Shown piece after piece: positions 37,124 through 51,688 of a stretch of DNA of 64,000 nucleotides; position 1 is the stretch's first letter, and each line of letters begins with the position of its first letter. Origin of the DNA: Callorhinchus milii. Lineage: Eukaryota. The DNA is taken from contig NW_024704743.1 of the NCBI RefSeq assembly GCF_018977255.1, forward strand, positions 4,404,001-4,468,000. The letters run 5' to 3'. The notes under the pieces are model-generated. The model was not told the DNA's origin. It was given only the letters and a program-made list of their open reading frames with translations, and did not search any database. A program made the position numbers and the translations under genes.

Positions 37124-40100
37124 CAAACACATACACACACACACACACAGACGCGTAGCATTGGGGAACAGCTTCAAAATAATGGCAACAAAAGCCATTA
37201 AGAAGGGCCGGAGATATTTCTAATACATCAAAGGATGATAGAAATGTGGAACAAAGTCACAGCACGGACGCCGGAACAATGAACGACTCGCGTTTCACAC
37301 AGCGCCCTTCACGTGGGGTAGCGTCCCAGAGAGCTTCACGGTGGGCAGAGTCTGATAAGAGCTTGGGGTGGGGGGGGAAGGCAAAGAGAGAGAGAGAGAG
37401 AGAAAGAGGTGGGGAGGTGACCGTAAGCACGATCGAAATGGGAAGGTCTTTTGGGTGGAACGAGGAGAGGAACTATCAAAGGGTTGGGAATGGGAGCGAG
37501 GCACGAACCTGTAGATTCAGGGTTTTGACCGTGCCTTCAGCTCCCCTCTCGACTCTCTACCCCCTCCTCGCTCCCTCCCTTCCCTCCCCTCACCCTGACC
37601 ATTTCCCCCCAATGCTCGGGTCCTGACCCAACTGTACAGCGCCTTGGGACGTCCTCCCGACGTGAAAGGCGCTCTATAAATGGAATCTTGTTATTGTTGT
37701 TGTTATTCGCTGATGGGATCAACGTGGCGGAAGGAACGTTTTGAGCGAAGCCGGGCGGGTTGGTTCGATTGAACCAACGCTCTGCTCCTGCCTGAGCCGG
37801 TTGCTATGTTACCACGACAGGTCTCGTTGTTCACGAAAAGTAGTGAATGTGTTTTTTGGTTTGTTTCACCCTTTTTTTGGGGGGGGCGGGTCGGGGGGGG
37901 GGGGGTCGGGAAGATTTCACGGAGAAGCTGTTTTCAGTCGTGTAAGATACTGCTGCAGGGATGGTACAATGCTGCCAGTTACAGTTTGATGGCTTCATCA
38001 TTGACAACAGTAACAGCTTGAGTTTATATAGCGCTCCTTTACACGGGGTGGAGTCTCGGGGTGCGATATAAATGCAAGTCGTCGTTGTTGTCGATGTTCC
38101 TCGCCCTAGTTTGTATACAGCCCCTCTGCCCCATTTGTTATTAGGTCTGGCTTCCCTTGCCCCCCCCGCCCACCCCACCCCACCCCCACACTCCAGTCAG
38201 GGATTTGGACCCAAGATGAGGGGTTCGGGGATCTGGAGGGTGGAGGGCAGGTAGGAAGGTGACCAAAGGCGCATTCGAAGAGGAGGGTCTTGAGATGGGT
38301 CTTGAAGGAGGCAAGGGAGGGAGTGAGGCGGAGGGATTGGGGGATGGAGTTCAAGAAGAAAAAAAGAGTTTAAAACCAGCTTCGCCTTCGGGGGGAGGGA
38401 GGGGGTTGGGGTGGGGTGGGCGGGGAGGGAGGGAGGGAGGAGTGGGGGTTAGCGGAGCACAGGCTGGGTGAAGGTAGGAAGAGACGTTATGAAATAATAA
38501 TGATTCTAGCATTTGATACGACGTCTTTCACGTCTCAAAGCGCTCCCCGGGATTTACCGTTAAGTGCAGTCGCTGCGTGTTTTTGTAGAAAATTAGGAAA
38601 TTGGCAGAAATAAATCACTTGCGTTGGTTTTCCCCGAAACGAAGATTTCCAGATTTAGTTGCTTTTGCTCAGGAGTGCAATCTAGAGCTGCGGTAATAAT
38701 AATATCATAATAATAATGTATGATGTAGAAAGACACCCCCGAACACTTCCCCAGTTATATTGCCGACTCTATTATTAAGCACCTTGGGACACCCTCCTGT
38801 GTGAAATGGTCTATATAAATGTATATTTATATTGTGTTCTGTAAAGAAGAGAATGGCTGTGTATTTTCGTGACGGGCGTGACGTGGGAAAGATTATGAAC
38901 GCAGACTGAAGGTGCTGAGTCAAGGGTAAAGGTTGGAGCGACAGAATTTCAAATTTTTAATAACAATACCAATCCTCGCATTTGACACTGCGCCTTATCG
39001 CATCTTCGAGACGTCTCCGAGCGCTTCACCGAATAGACTGTCAAGTGAATTGACTGTGTACTGTGTGGGCGAAACGTGCAAACCCTGTGACGTATTGTGG
39101 CAAATGTTTTTTCATTTTAAAAATAGACGGTTACAGAGCGAACAATTGGGAGCCGTAGGGAGGATAATCTAACATCACTAACATGAGCATATGTGTCTTG
39201 TGATTTCAGAAATAAAACAGTGGCATCTTAGCCCACATGTGGCGTTAAACCCCGGTTAATGAACCGCTTTCAGTGTTCGTTCCAGATAGGCGAACATTTC
39301 TTTGCCCGATGATTTCACAGTGTGCCGTGCTAAACGGCCTCAGTTACACATTAGTTCTCTTCTTCGCGACCTTCTTCTGTTGTTTCAGAAACGTATTGAG
39401 TTAAAAATAGCGCAGAAGAGATCTGAAGAGCATTCCATTCTAGTCGAGGTGTCCAAGAAATTCTGCACCAGCAAATGCCTTCCTGCACGAGTCACTGTGC
39501 AGTTTTCTGCCTTGTGAAATAGGAATCCTCGTTCCATAAGAAAAATAAAAGCCACGTAGAAAATGGTTTATTCACTTAACCTAGCGTTTTTAACGTGTTC
39601 ACGCCCGCCAAACATACAGTCACTCCACTTTACAGTATATCCTGTGAAGCGCTTTGAGACATCTCAACGACACGATAAGGCGCTATATCAAATGCAAGGT
39701 TTATTATTGTCATAAATGTGCTCAAATAACTCGCAGGATTAAATCGGAAGTCGAAGGCCCTTCAGGCCATCGGATCTCGACCTTAAATATCTCCCCCATC
39801 ACACGTTCAAGCTGGTTTTTAAATCGAGTCCAGTGTCCTGGCCTCAACCACTCCTCTTGGCAACCGGTTCTCTGGGTAAAATGTCCTGGTATCTGTCCTG
39901 AAATTGTTCTTTACATCTCTCAACCCTCTTGTTCTGCATCCTAAGGTATTGTTCCGAGTTTATCTTTTTAATCCCGTTTAATACACACTGCACACATCCT
40001 TAAGAAAGAAGGCATCTTCTCTCACCACGTCCCCTTGCCCATCATCAGTGGTCAGGCCTTCAGCCTCTCTACCCCCAACCTTTAGAACTTCATCCTACCT

Positions 40101-43100
40101 CGCCCCCTTCCTTGCCTCCTTCAAGACCCGACTCAAGACCCTCCTCTTCGACCGGGCCTTCGGTCACCCTCTTAAACCTACCCTCCTTGTCCTCCACCCC
40201 TCTTGATGCCAATCCCCTGCTCGGGTCCAAATCCCTGACTGTCCAGCTCCTTTGGACGTCCTTCTGACGAGAATGGGTCTTGCTGTTGTAATTTGCTGTT
40301 GTTTCAACGTTGCTTTTCAAATTGAGTCCAAATTAACACAAATTAATTACATTTTCCAACTTGTTTTTTCCTCCCCAAGTGCACACATAGGCTCCTATAA
40401 CTCCCTAGTAGAAGATGAGTAATGAGTTACCCGCTCCCCCCACCCACCCCCAGACTATTTGGGATTTATTTTGATATTTAGCAATACAATGCAATACGAT
40501 CCATTACACAAACAAGAGAAGGGGGCCTTTTCTCTCTTGGTGTCCTGGCCAACAAATCCCCCTCTGCCCCCCACCCCGCCAACTAAAAATCGGCCACTCA
40601 CACCATAGCTGTTTGTTGGACATTGCTGTGTGGAATTGTGCTGTCGAGTTTGTCAACAAATACACAGTCATTCCGCTTCGCAGCAATTTCCGTGAAGCGC
40701 TTTGAGACGTCCTTCCAATGTGAGAGAGCGCTGTACCGAATACATGAATTTAACGGTAATCTGATCATAAATGCTGCGGTTTTTGGACCCCGCACGGTAT
40801 TCCGTTGTGCGTGTGAGTGCCCTTTTAAGATATTGATTAGCCCACCGTGAATCCAAACCGTCCGGATGTTAACTGCTAGCGATATCAGTGCTACGAAACC
40901 CACGCAAATGCGTCCGATATTACTCAGAATTGATTGGTGATGTGTTTTCTTTGCTCAATTACGTTTATAACCATCCCCCCCCCCCCCACACACACACCTC
41001 CAAAAAGGTTCATTTTGTTCAGCGCAGCAAAATTGATACGCGCTCAAGTAAAAAGAAATCATCATCTTGCGTCCGACACGGCGCCCTATCACTTCGTCGA
41101 GACGTCTCAAAGCGCTTCACGCCGTAAAGGTGACTGCGCTTGCGTTGTGTGCGAACCCAGCGGACAATGTAACGCACAGCACTGCCCCACCAACTGCGCG
41201 TGTAGTAAGCGATGCTTTAGATTGATTAGAATAGCGCTCAGTCAAGAAAATATCGGAGTTGGTGACGATGTCACGGGATCCTAAACCCTCTCTGATGGTG
41301 AAGAGCGATGGATGAATAAGCAAGCATATATTTTTGTTAAAGATACATTCCTCGTGTTGCTCTTTCCAGATTCCTCCCTGAAGCTCTGCGAATATCCAGG
41401 GTGACATAAGTCTGCTTTCTTATTTCTGACATCAGCGCTGTTTGTCTATTTTCAGCCAAAACCTAGCAACGCACAGTTGAAACTGGGAGAGTAGGGGGAG
41501 AGAAACTACACAGACACGTTAATGAAGAGACATGGTGTGCATGTCACCAAAATTACCATGTGTCGTGTCAACCTACCTCTTTCTCTTTCAGAGGAGCAAA
41601 CTCTTGTTTATTTCATTTCCGATGCAACTGAAATTCTCCCAGATAGCAGTAATAATAATAATAAAGTGAAGTGGCTGTGTATTTTGCCGGCGGAACAATC
41701 GTGGATTGAGTGACCGCATTTTTGGGGGGTGGGGGTGTGGGGTGTGGGGGGAGAGGGATTACTATCCCCGGGAAAGCGATCTGTCAATCGGCTAACAACT
41801 GGGCTCCCACTTACCGCGAGGTAAACCGAGGCGTGTGGAGTAAGGAAACTCTCCTAAGGTTTTGCTCTGCCCGGGGAATCGAACCCGGGCCCTCTCGCTT
41901 GCGCAAGGACGAGTTTACGCAACCTCACAACCGGCCGTCCAGTTATCTGTGATGTCAGTCACTTCTTCAGCTCGCAGGAAAAGATTTCCGACTCCTTTTG
42001 AGATGAACCAGTAAGACTCGGGTGTTATTGAACACTCAATTAGGATTGATTGGACAATCGCCGAGGAGGGGGACGTATGAAAGGACACGGGGTGGGATGT
42101 GGATCGACGTTATTGAGCGTTTGAAAAGACAAAATGGAGAGGCTACCAACAAAACTGTGACTTGGATTGAGTTATATAACACACGGTTGTTGTTGTTGTT
42201 CTTGGCCTCTTCAGATGGGCTGTCGCTGTTCACCCCACCCCTGTTCACCCCACCCCACCTCATCTCCGCGCCTTCCTCAGCTCGCTCCAACCCCAGCACG
42301 GGCTCCAAGTCAAGTTCTCTGTCAAGCACTTTGAGACGGGCAAAGGCGCCATGTTTCAATGGTGTGATAAGGCGCTATATCAAATGCAAGGTTTATTATT
42401 ATTATTATTATTTTATTACTATGTAAAACCGTAACCAGCTTTGTGCTCATTTTAAGATCCACGGTAACTTTTCACCAGAAAATGGGTCACGTTGTGAAAG
42501 AATACTTTGCGCTATCGAGGTGATATGCAGAGGAACTAATCTATGCAGCGGATTATAACTTGCTGATTCATCCAAGTTACGTGGAACATCTGACATACAA
42601 TTATGAGTTACTGAGGCCTCGTGAAAGGATTTGAGTCAAATCGCATTGAGTAGTCTCTTTGTTCGTGATGTGTTCAACTCGGAGAGATCCCAAATATGGA
42701 CTAATATTACAAGTTCGTGCTATGACTTGTGCGATGCGTTCACAGACAGCGAGTAACAGATTGGATTGAGGGGTTTGGCTGTAATGATCCTAATTACATT
42801 AATAACGAAATTAGAATGACACAATGTGCTTTAATGCGATTAACTCAACGCAATTCTACTTGTTTCTGTTTTTATTATCATTTCTGTATATCCACGACAA
42901 GAATCAATTCGTTATCTTTGGAGGTTAAAAATGTGTTTGTTCTGGCTCAGTTGGTAGCACTCTTGCCTCTGAGTCAGAAGGCTGTGGGTTGAAGCTCAAG
43001 ATCGGGTTATTAATGCAATGTTTGGGAGAAACAGGGGGTGTTATTATTGTCAGAGGTGCCTTGGTTTGGTTGAGACGTGAAACTGAGGTCTGTGCCCGTT

Positions 43101-45176
43101 CGGGTTGGCACTAAAGACCCTATTAATCCCGAATAACAATCCCCGAGATAAAATCGGTCGTTCAGCTCATGGTTTCGCCCACAAATTTACGGTCAATTCA
43201 CTTTACTGTCGAAGAAGCTTTGAGATGTCTCAAAGTTGTGATAAGGCGCTACGTCAAATGCACGGAATTATTATTATTGTCGTGGTCGTTTGTGGGACAT
43301 TGCTGTGCGTAAATTGGCTGTCACAAAATGCACAGTCACTACACTTTGCAGTAAATGGCGCGATATGAAATAATAAGACATTATTATTTCACCGAGAGAG
43401 ATTGGAAGCTGGGGTGGTGTCGAGGTGATTTGAGTTAACGTACTAATTGTAGCAGAAGTCTCCCCGGGATCCAATCTGCTGCATTTCTTATTGGGATGTT
43501 CGTTCAAACCACTCAGCGTTCTCCAATAAGGAATCCGAGTCACGGAATGGGTCACTCCTGGTAGTGAAGACTTTGCAACCCCACTTCTACGACCTATTAA
43601 TCCCATATCAACCTGTCCTGCTCCATGTCCCCAACTCTGTCCCCATCAATGGCAGAAGAGCCTTCAACTCCATCCCGAATTCCTCCGCCTCGAAACCATC
43701 CTCCCTCACCTCCTTCAAGAGCCTGTCTCAAGACCTTTGACTACACTCCCACCCCAACCCTCTTAGTTGCATCTCGGGTGCAAACCGTTACCCGTCCTGT
43801 GCCTTGGGACATCCTTCCGACATGAAAGGCGCTGTATAAGTGTAATTTGTTGTGGTTATTGCTTATCGAGGAGTCCTGCTCTGCCTCGATCTAACTGTGG
43901 GGCAAATGTTTCGCAGCCCCTGCGTTTCTAATGGGGACTGAGGCCTTTGGACAGACTTTCAGAATGATGAATTTGTGAAATGGAGAAAAGGAAACCAAAT
44001 GTTCCCTTTTTCTCACTGGCGTAAACGCTAATTATTCCCCAGCTGGACAGCTTCAAGCAAGCGTGCCAAGACAGCGCTCTCGATGGCAAGCGATGTGGTT
44101 TTAACCGGTTAGACTCCCAGCAGTTACCCCCGACGCACACTCTGGGGTCCCCAAAGCCTTGGAAGTTTGACAACCGAGGCCTAAATACTCCCCGGATTTA
44201 GGGAAGCAGAGCACATCCCACCAGGGGAGAGAAAGAGAGAGAGACAGAGTTCACATTCCGTTCCAACGTAGGGACATTTCCAGTGTGTACGTGGAACTCC
44301 TCGTGTGGAATTCTCAACCTGGTTCAGATCCGCTTAAGCGCGGCGATGGGTTTTCCGCATGTGTCGGCCACATTCCAGTGCAACAGTGCTGAGGAGGTGT
44401 CAGGGGCACAATGAAACTATCGCGAGGCGTTTCGTTCGCCGTGGGACAGAGAAACGTAAAGTCTGCATCTCATAGCCCACAAACACGCGTTCGATCCACT
44501 TTACAGTATATCCCGCGAAGCGCTTTGAGACGTCTCGACGACGTGATAAGGCGCTATATCAAATGCAAGGATTATTATGGTGATGATGGAGTTTTTCGCA
44601 ATTACGAATGTTTTTGATGGAGTAAAAAAGAAAGTGACTATTTCCAGTCACTGGAGAGTCAGTAACAAGGAGGCCTAAATCGAGATTTATTATCAGAAGG
44701 GGAAAGAGGTTAGCAACATGAGTGGGCCATTCAGTCTGCAGAGGTTTGTTAGAATATCGATTGCTTTGCACAAATGGATGAGCCTATAATAGCACGTAAA
44801 AGGAAATGAGATCAATACGTGAGGGAAATAATATTAAAGGAAGAGACGTTAAATAACATTTCAGCACACATTTTGAGGACCCCAAGCCTTGGATTTTGCC
44901 AAACTGAACCTAATATTATCCGGAATTAGGTAAGCAGGATTTGACCTTCCCTCCAGGGAGAGAGAGTGCGCATTCCCTTGCCAGACAGAGGGAAATTTGG
45001 TGGAAACCCCCAAAAATATAACATTATAGATAGAGCAATCACTCCATCATTGAATAATACTGTCCTCAGCATTTACAAAACACGCACGGGAGGGGATTCG
45101 AGTTTTAAGATTGGCCTAGTGTTTGGTGGATATTTAGGTGGCTTTGTAATGCAATCCTAGAGAGATAGATTTTTTT

Positions 45177-45568
45177 AATAATAATAATACATCCTTGCAT
45201 TTGATGCAGCACCTTATCACATCGTTGAGCTGCCTCAAAGCGCTTTGCAGAATATACTGTTAAATTAAGTGAATTGACTCTATGTTTTGTGGGTGAAACG
45301 CGGCAGCCAATTGCGCACAGCAGTGTCCCACAACCAGTCGTGGATTGAGTGACCAAATTTTTTTTTTAAATCTTTTTTTTATCAAGGGATTACTCTCCTG
45401 GAAAGCGATCTGCCAATCCACTTAACGGCTAGATTCCTATCTATTGTTAGGTGACCAGCGGTGTGTGGAATAAGGAAACTTGCCTAAGGTTTTGCCCTGC
45501 CCGGGAATCTAACCCGGATCCTCTAACTTGCGGAGTGAGTGCTCTAACCAATACGCTACAAGACTCCA
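45177..45568 (-). mobile_element. Full-length family A SINE
   Basis: Complete head, body and tail in reverse orientation. Confidence 0.9.
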
Positions 45569-46185
45569 CAAATGCGACGGAGAGAGATGACCCAGTTGGT
45601 AGTGAGGTTGCAGCAGCAGAACGCTCCTCCCTCTGCCTCCGTTCCTCTTCCTCCTCGTCAATCCTAGCTTGTTGACGACAGTTAACTCCCTGGCTAGTTA
45701 GGGGGTCGCCACGGTTTGTGGTGTGCGGAAGTTTTCTCCCGTGAGTTTGTATCAATGCCGCGTTTCTTCGGCTTGTATTTCAAACAATCTTTGCGTCTGT
45801 GTTGCCGGCCGCCAGCACTTGTTCGGTCACAACAGTGAACACTTGTTCGGTCGGAGCTCGGTTCAGAACATGGTAGTTGTTTTGGAAGTCTGGAGTCATC
45901 CGTTTGGCCTAGTGATCAGTCCAGCCGAGTGGGCTTTAATAACCAGAGCTTCAATGTTGGTACAACCGGAAGTTGAGAGGACAAATGCATTGGTTTTACC
46001 GTCATCCCAGTGAATTTGAAGGATTTTAATAATAATAATAATAATAATCCTTGCATTTGATACAGCGCTTTATCACGTCTTTGAGGCGTTTCAAAGCGCT
46101 TCACAGAACATACCATAGAGTGAATTGACCGTGTATTTTGCGGGTGAAAAGCGATATTTTATGTGAAGAGCGTGGGTGGGAACGC

Positions 46186-46632
46186 TCAAGGGTCTCGAGG
46201 TGCCTTCCGTAAGCAATCCAGGAGTCGTAGAGCAATGGTCGAAAGAACTACCAAAAGCCATCGAGGGACGATTCCAGCGATGCTGAAACTCCTCATCGAT
46301 GTTCCCGTTCTTTCATAGACAACCACCCAAGGAGTGTGAAGTGGTCGACATTCTCTAGAAATGTTCCCATTGCTGGTTATTGATGGAGGAGAAGTCAGAG
46401 TACCAGGTGCAGCTTGATAAAGCACTTTGGTTTTTGGAAACGTTAACAGAGAGCCCTGGAAAAGATTGTAGGCTTCAGCGAACCTGTCTAGGATTGTCTG
46501 ACGACCGCTTGCAGAGTGAGCAAAGGCGTCAGCAAACCGCAGATCAATGATGATGGTGATGAGGACATTCGTCATTGCTCGGAAGTGCCTTAGGTTGAAA
46601 AATTTTCCATCCAGTCGGGACTTGATTTCCAC
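46186..46632 (-). mobile_element. RTE-clade LINE RT fragment (pseudogenised)
   Basis: DGKFFNLRHFRAMTNV...DLRFADAFAHSASGRQTILDRFAEAYNLF..LTFPKTKVLYQAAPG corresponds to RTE RT DGKLFNLRRL...LLFADD.AL.AHS...KKTKVMYQPAP; the catalytic DD is lost. Confidence 0.8.
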
Positions 46633-49600
46633 GCCACCGGATTAATAGCGGCTCGGAATAGAAAAGCCGTTTGGGTGGGGGGTGGGGGGCGGTGGTGGGG
46701 GGTTTGGCTTACAAGGTTAGCAGGAGCTAAAACATGAAGAATCCCTGTCTCCAGTGACATGTGGAGATGAGGAGCTGAGAAGTTAGTTCAAACGATTAGC
46801 TGAAACGCCTTCCCTTTTGCCTTAGCTTATCCTTTACTTTCCTCTGCATCCCCCACCCCCCGCCCCCCACCCATCTCCCACACGCGCTCTGCAATCCTCA
46901 TGTTGGATGTACTGGAGAATGAGCAGTTTAATGCATGCTAAGGCAGTTTTCCTTCTTCCCTTTGAGGTTTAATCCCTTTATGCTTATCCTGATACATAAG
47001 GGAAGTGTTAATGTCATCCCTGAAATGTGCGGTAGATTGTGTATTTGCTACTTTACTGCAGGAGTTTGAAATATACTATTCAGATACAGATTAAGGACTA
47101 CATATATATATATATCCATAATCCCTTTCCTCCGACATATCTCTTTGCTGACAGCTCATTGCAACATTGCGAAGTCTACTTTTGTGTACGACACTGTGTT
47201 GAACGTGAGCAGTCAATAAAGGGCTTAACTCAAAGATATTTTCTCAAATTTGCAAACCCCCACGAAATTTCTGAAAGAACAGATTCCGATCCATGCGAAC
47301 TGAAGCTGTCACAACTCTTTGATGGTACATTTGCAGAGGAAAAACGAAAAAAAGCCCACAAGCAGATATCAGAACCGAAATACATCCTGTCGTCCCCGGA
47401 GAAAGCAAAACAAGGCTCGTGGGCAACCTACAGCGATGGCACGTACACTCACTGATTAATTACCAGAATATGCATTGGAGGAGAAAAGTTTTAGACACCA
47501 GTGGATTTACACGGCGCTACTCGAAAAGAATGTAATTTCTCCCGGAGTCCTGGCCAATAATCCCCCAAGATAAAATGAATCATTTGCCTTGTGCCTTGAG
47601 ATGTCCTCCCGACGTGAAAGGATCTATACCAATGTAATGTAGTATTGTATTGTATTGCGGCTGATTGTGGGACCTTGCTGTGTGCCAACTTATTATTGTT
47701 ATTATTTTTTTGAAGGGATTATTAACCCCAGGAAAAGCGATCCGCCAATTGATTAACAATTGGTTTCCTACTTACTGCAAGAGGCGCGTGGAGTAAGGAA
47801 ACTTGCCCAACATTTTGCCCTGCCAAGGAAGTGAACCCAGGTCTCTCCCTTGCGAGGTGAGTGCTCTAACCACTGACCTACAGGACTCAGTTTTTGAGTC
47901 GTTCGAATTGTTCTAATTTCTTCGTATTCGTATCTGTCCTCCTTTCTCAGCTCCCCTATCCCGCCACTCCCCAGCTCCCACCTGCCTATCTGAACTGCTT
48001 TGAGACCTCCTCCCAACCTGAAAGGCGCTGAATAAATGTAAGATTGTTGTTTCTAAAGATTCCCGAGTCCAAATGACCTGAGGTACTGTACCATTGACCG
48101 AGCCAGATGGCATCTAATCTTTAAGGGTTACCATGATTATCGGTTGCTATGGCAGTGTGCACTGCTCCATGCCTCATAGCTACCGAGTCATCAGATTCTT
48201 AGATTGATTTTGTTCCACGACCCGGCCCAAGACACTATGGGAAACACAAATTGTAAATGGATAAAGGACAGCTTTCTCGTAGGAGGTGCGTTTTCCAAAC
48301 AGCTGAGTTTAAACACATCACGTGGCAATTCACAAGAGTTAAACAAGTGGAGATTTGCTCACTCTCCAGTATACATAATACCAGTTTTCCGCAGTACAAA
48401 GTGAATACAACTGAAGCCTACGTCAGACCCACTCTCCTGCTACATCCTAGTTTTTGACTCACCACTTCATTCACTCCCTCTGTATTAGAAAGAATGCCCT
48501 TCCGTACTGGAAGTGAATTGAAGGGATACTGTATTAATATTTTCATACATTTCCGTATGAAGCCTTATCGTCCTCGATCCTCTCTTGATTATCATTTTAT
48601 TTTATATTTGTGTTCAATAGATGTTTCGTGAGCGAGTTACGTGAATATTGATTTACTGAGGGGGTGGGGGGAGGGTGGAAGAAAAGAAAAAAGCAATTGA
48701 ACATTTTAATTGAAGATGAGCTGAAGGTACGAATCTGTTAGATTCAAAGGAATTCAGTTCAAGCCAATGATAGCAAACTGCGTAATGCCTTTGCAACGTC
48801 AGCCTTGCTATTTGAGGAGCAACAACTCACAGTTTTCTTGATGGGAACAGGAGAAATCAAATCGTCTTAACCTCATAAAGACAGTCTCAATTGCCAATTA
48901 TACAGTAGACTGGGAACCTGACGCGCTCTCTTGAGATGTTCTCCCGACGTGAAAGACACTATCAAAATGTCATTTGTTATTGTTAATTTGTTGTTGTATT
49001 TTAATGTCTTTTTGAGAGTAAAAAAAACGACAACAAGTTACATCTGTACAGCACCTTTCACATCGGGAGGACGTCCCAAGGTGCTGGACAGTCGGGGATT
49101 TGGACCCGAGCTGGCGGAGGGGGTGGGGGGGTATTGGGGTCAGGAGTGGTGGGCAGGGAGGGTAGGGGTAGGAGAGTGCTTGAAAGTGAAGAAATCTACA
49201 CAGTACCACACAGGGACTTTGAGCTGACAGTCTGGGTTGACACAATGGTTGGGGAACGCTGCATGGGCGGAGATTTCATCCTTCGTTAAACTGAGGTCCC
49301 GTCCTGCCTATCCAGGTGGATCCAAAAGGTACAGACCATTCAGAGTCCTGCAGCCCGTGTCCTTTCCCGCTAAGCTAAGCTCAGCGAGCCTATCGGGCCC
49401 CCATCCCCGCCGGCTTTCACTTGCTCCACATCCCCCAGAGGATTGAGTTCAAGATCCTCGTCCTCTCTTTTAAATCTCTCTGCCGTCTTGCCCCACTCTA
49501 GCTCCACGACCTTCGGATAAGGAAGTTCCTCCCTCAGGCCATCCCAGGCAATCTCGCCCTTCCAGAACACACGCTACGGTCATGGCATCAAATGGCCTCG

Positions 49601-50155
49601 TTTTTAAAACGCCTTCCGTGTTGTTGCCATTCATTTGCAGGAGTGAATTTATTTTTGTGTCTTCCAGGACACGATGGTTTCTAGCGGGGGTGGTGATGAA
49701 CAGAAGAATGGTATTAATGTGTTGTCAGAACATGGACTTATTAATACTTTGGGTGAGCATTGCTCAGCATCAATCCAGCCCTATGGCCATGACGTGTAAG
49801 TGTATCAGATTGTCCGTACAAGCTCTCGCTTACGTTACATGTTTTGTTTTTGAGGGGGGATAAATCTTCGTGGTTGTAATGATTTGCCACGTGGGAAAAC
49901 GGAACATCTTTGACCTTCGGGCAGTCAGCACGAGTGTGAGACGTTCTCGGATCGGTTGCCGTTGCCTCAGTTCAGCCCTGCAACTCGACCTCAGAAGATC
50001 TCCCCCAAACGCACTCCCGCAAATGTCCTGTCCCTCTTTCCCACACGATCCCACGTCGCCGAGTGAGATTGGGCCCAAACCAGTGCCTTTGGTCGCGAAA
50101 TATCGCTTGCGTGTTCACCAGCGCTCCGAGATGCTATCCCGCGGGAAGGGGGCAG

Positions 50156-50546
50156 TGGAGTCCTGTGGCGTACTGGTTAGCGGGCTCTCCTCGCAAGCAA
50201 GAGGACCCGGATTCATTTCCCGGCCAGGGTGAAACCTTTGGCAATTTTCCTTACTCCACACGCCTCTGTTCACCGAGCAGCAGTGAATAGGAACCCGGTT
50301 GTTAAGTCGATTGGCGGATCGCTTTCCTGGGTAATAATCCCTTCAAAATAAACAAATAATCAGAATAATAATTTGGTCGCTCAATCCACGGCTGTTTGCG
50401 TGGGGACGCTGCTGTGCGCAATTGGCTGCCGCGTTTCGCCCACAAAATACACAGTCAATTCGCTTTCCAGTATATCCTGTGAAGTCGCTGGAACGTCTCA
50501 ACGATGTGATAAGGCATTAAATCAAATGCAAGGATTATTATGATTA
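50156..50546 (+). mobile_element. Full-length family A SINE
   Basis: tggagtcctgtggcgtactggttagc...gcaagaggacccggattcatttcccggccaggg...aatgcaaggattatta. Confidence 0.9.
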
Positions 50547-51194
50547 TATAAATGCAATTATTGTTGAGGATGTAGTGTACAGTGGCACAAAAACACTGAG
50601 GCGTAACACCAAATAAAGGACCAAATGTGCTCTCTGCCTCAGTTACTATATATAGTCACACGAGTGCCGAGGTGTTAAGAAAAAACAGTTGCGTCGATTT
50701 GAATCATGACTTCCCCAAGGCAATAGCTGAGAGAGGCTGTCCTGATTGTGATCCCAGCAGGTCCAGATCACTTGCACAACTTCCTCAAGGCTGGGTCTGC
50801 CAATCGCCAGAAAAATAATTCAATTTGGAATGCTCCTCTCTTTCCAGATATTTTGTAGAGCAGAGATTTTATACACTTTGTTCCAATCGATTCCTTCTAA
50901 TTCATGAATTGCATTTAAGTGCCTTCAATCTACCCGGTTTTAGCTGGATAGACTCCAGCAATTACCCCAACTCAAGCTCTTGGGCCCCCAAGGCTTGGCT
51001 CTTGCCAGCGGATTAGGTAAAGCGGGAGGCGTCCCTCCAGGGAGAGAGAGAGAGAGAGAGAGCGCATTTCATTTCCAGCAATCTATCTCTGGGATTTCCA
51101 CGTGTAAGTGGGATGCGTGGAATTCTCAGTTTGGTTTGGATCCTCTTAAGCAGGGTGAAGAGTTTCCGCGTGTGTCAGACACCCGGCTGATCAA

Positions 51195-51455
51195 AACAAA
51201 AAGAGAATTTAGGAGGAACTACTTGACGCAGGGGGAAGTGAGACTGTGGAACTCGCTGTCTGAAGCAGTGGTTCAATCATATGGTGTAGATACATTCAAA
51301 AGAAAGCTCGACCTTCACATGAGGGAGAGAGGAATAGAAGAGTTTGGGAGGGAGTGAAGGAATGGGTGAAGACTCAGGCGGAGTATAAACACTGGTACTG
51401 ACTGGTTTGAGCCGAGTGGCCTGTTTCCGTTCCGTGCTGTACATTCTTTGTGAAT
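51195..51455 (+). mobile_element. CR1 3' end
   Basis: REFRRNYLTQGEVRLWNSLSEAVVQSYGVDTFKRKLDLHM (CR1 ORF2 C-terminus) plus tail gagccgagtggcctgtttccgt. Confidence 0.85.
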
Positions 51456-51688
51456 CTTTGATACATCTGCACACAGAAATTCCTGTGACTCGGGGAATCA
51501 AATAAATCAAACAGTTTGCTTATTCTGTATCTGTATAATTTGTGCTGCTAATTATTATTTTTTACAAGATGATACTTGCTTTCCTACGGGCCCAGTTCAA
51601 GTGTTCAAGGAGCTGCCGCAAATATATGCCAGAGAGACACTTATTTCACTGCGCATTTCCTTACAGATTCAAAGGTGTGTATCTGTGT

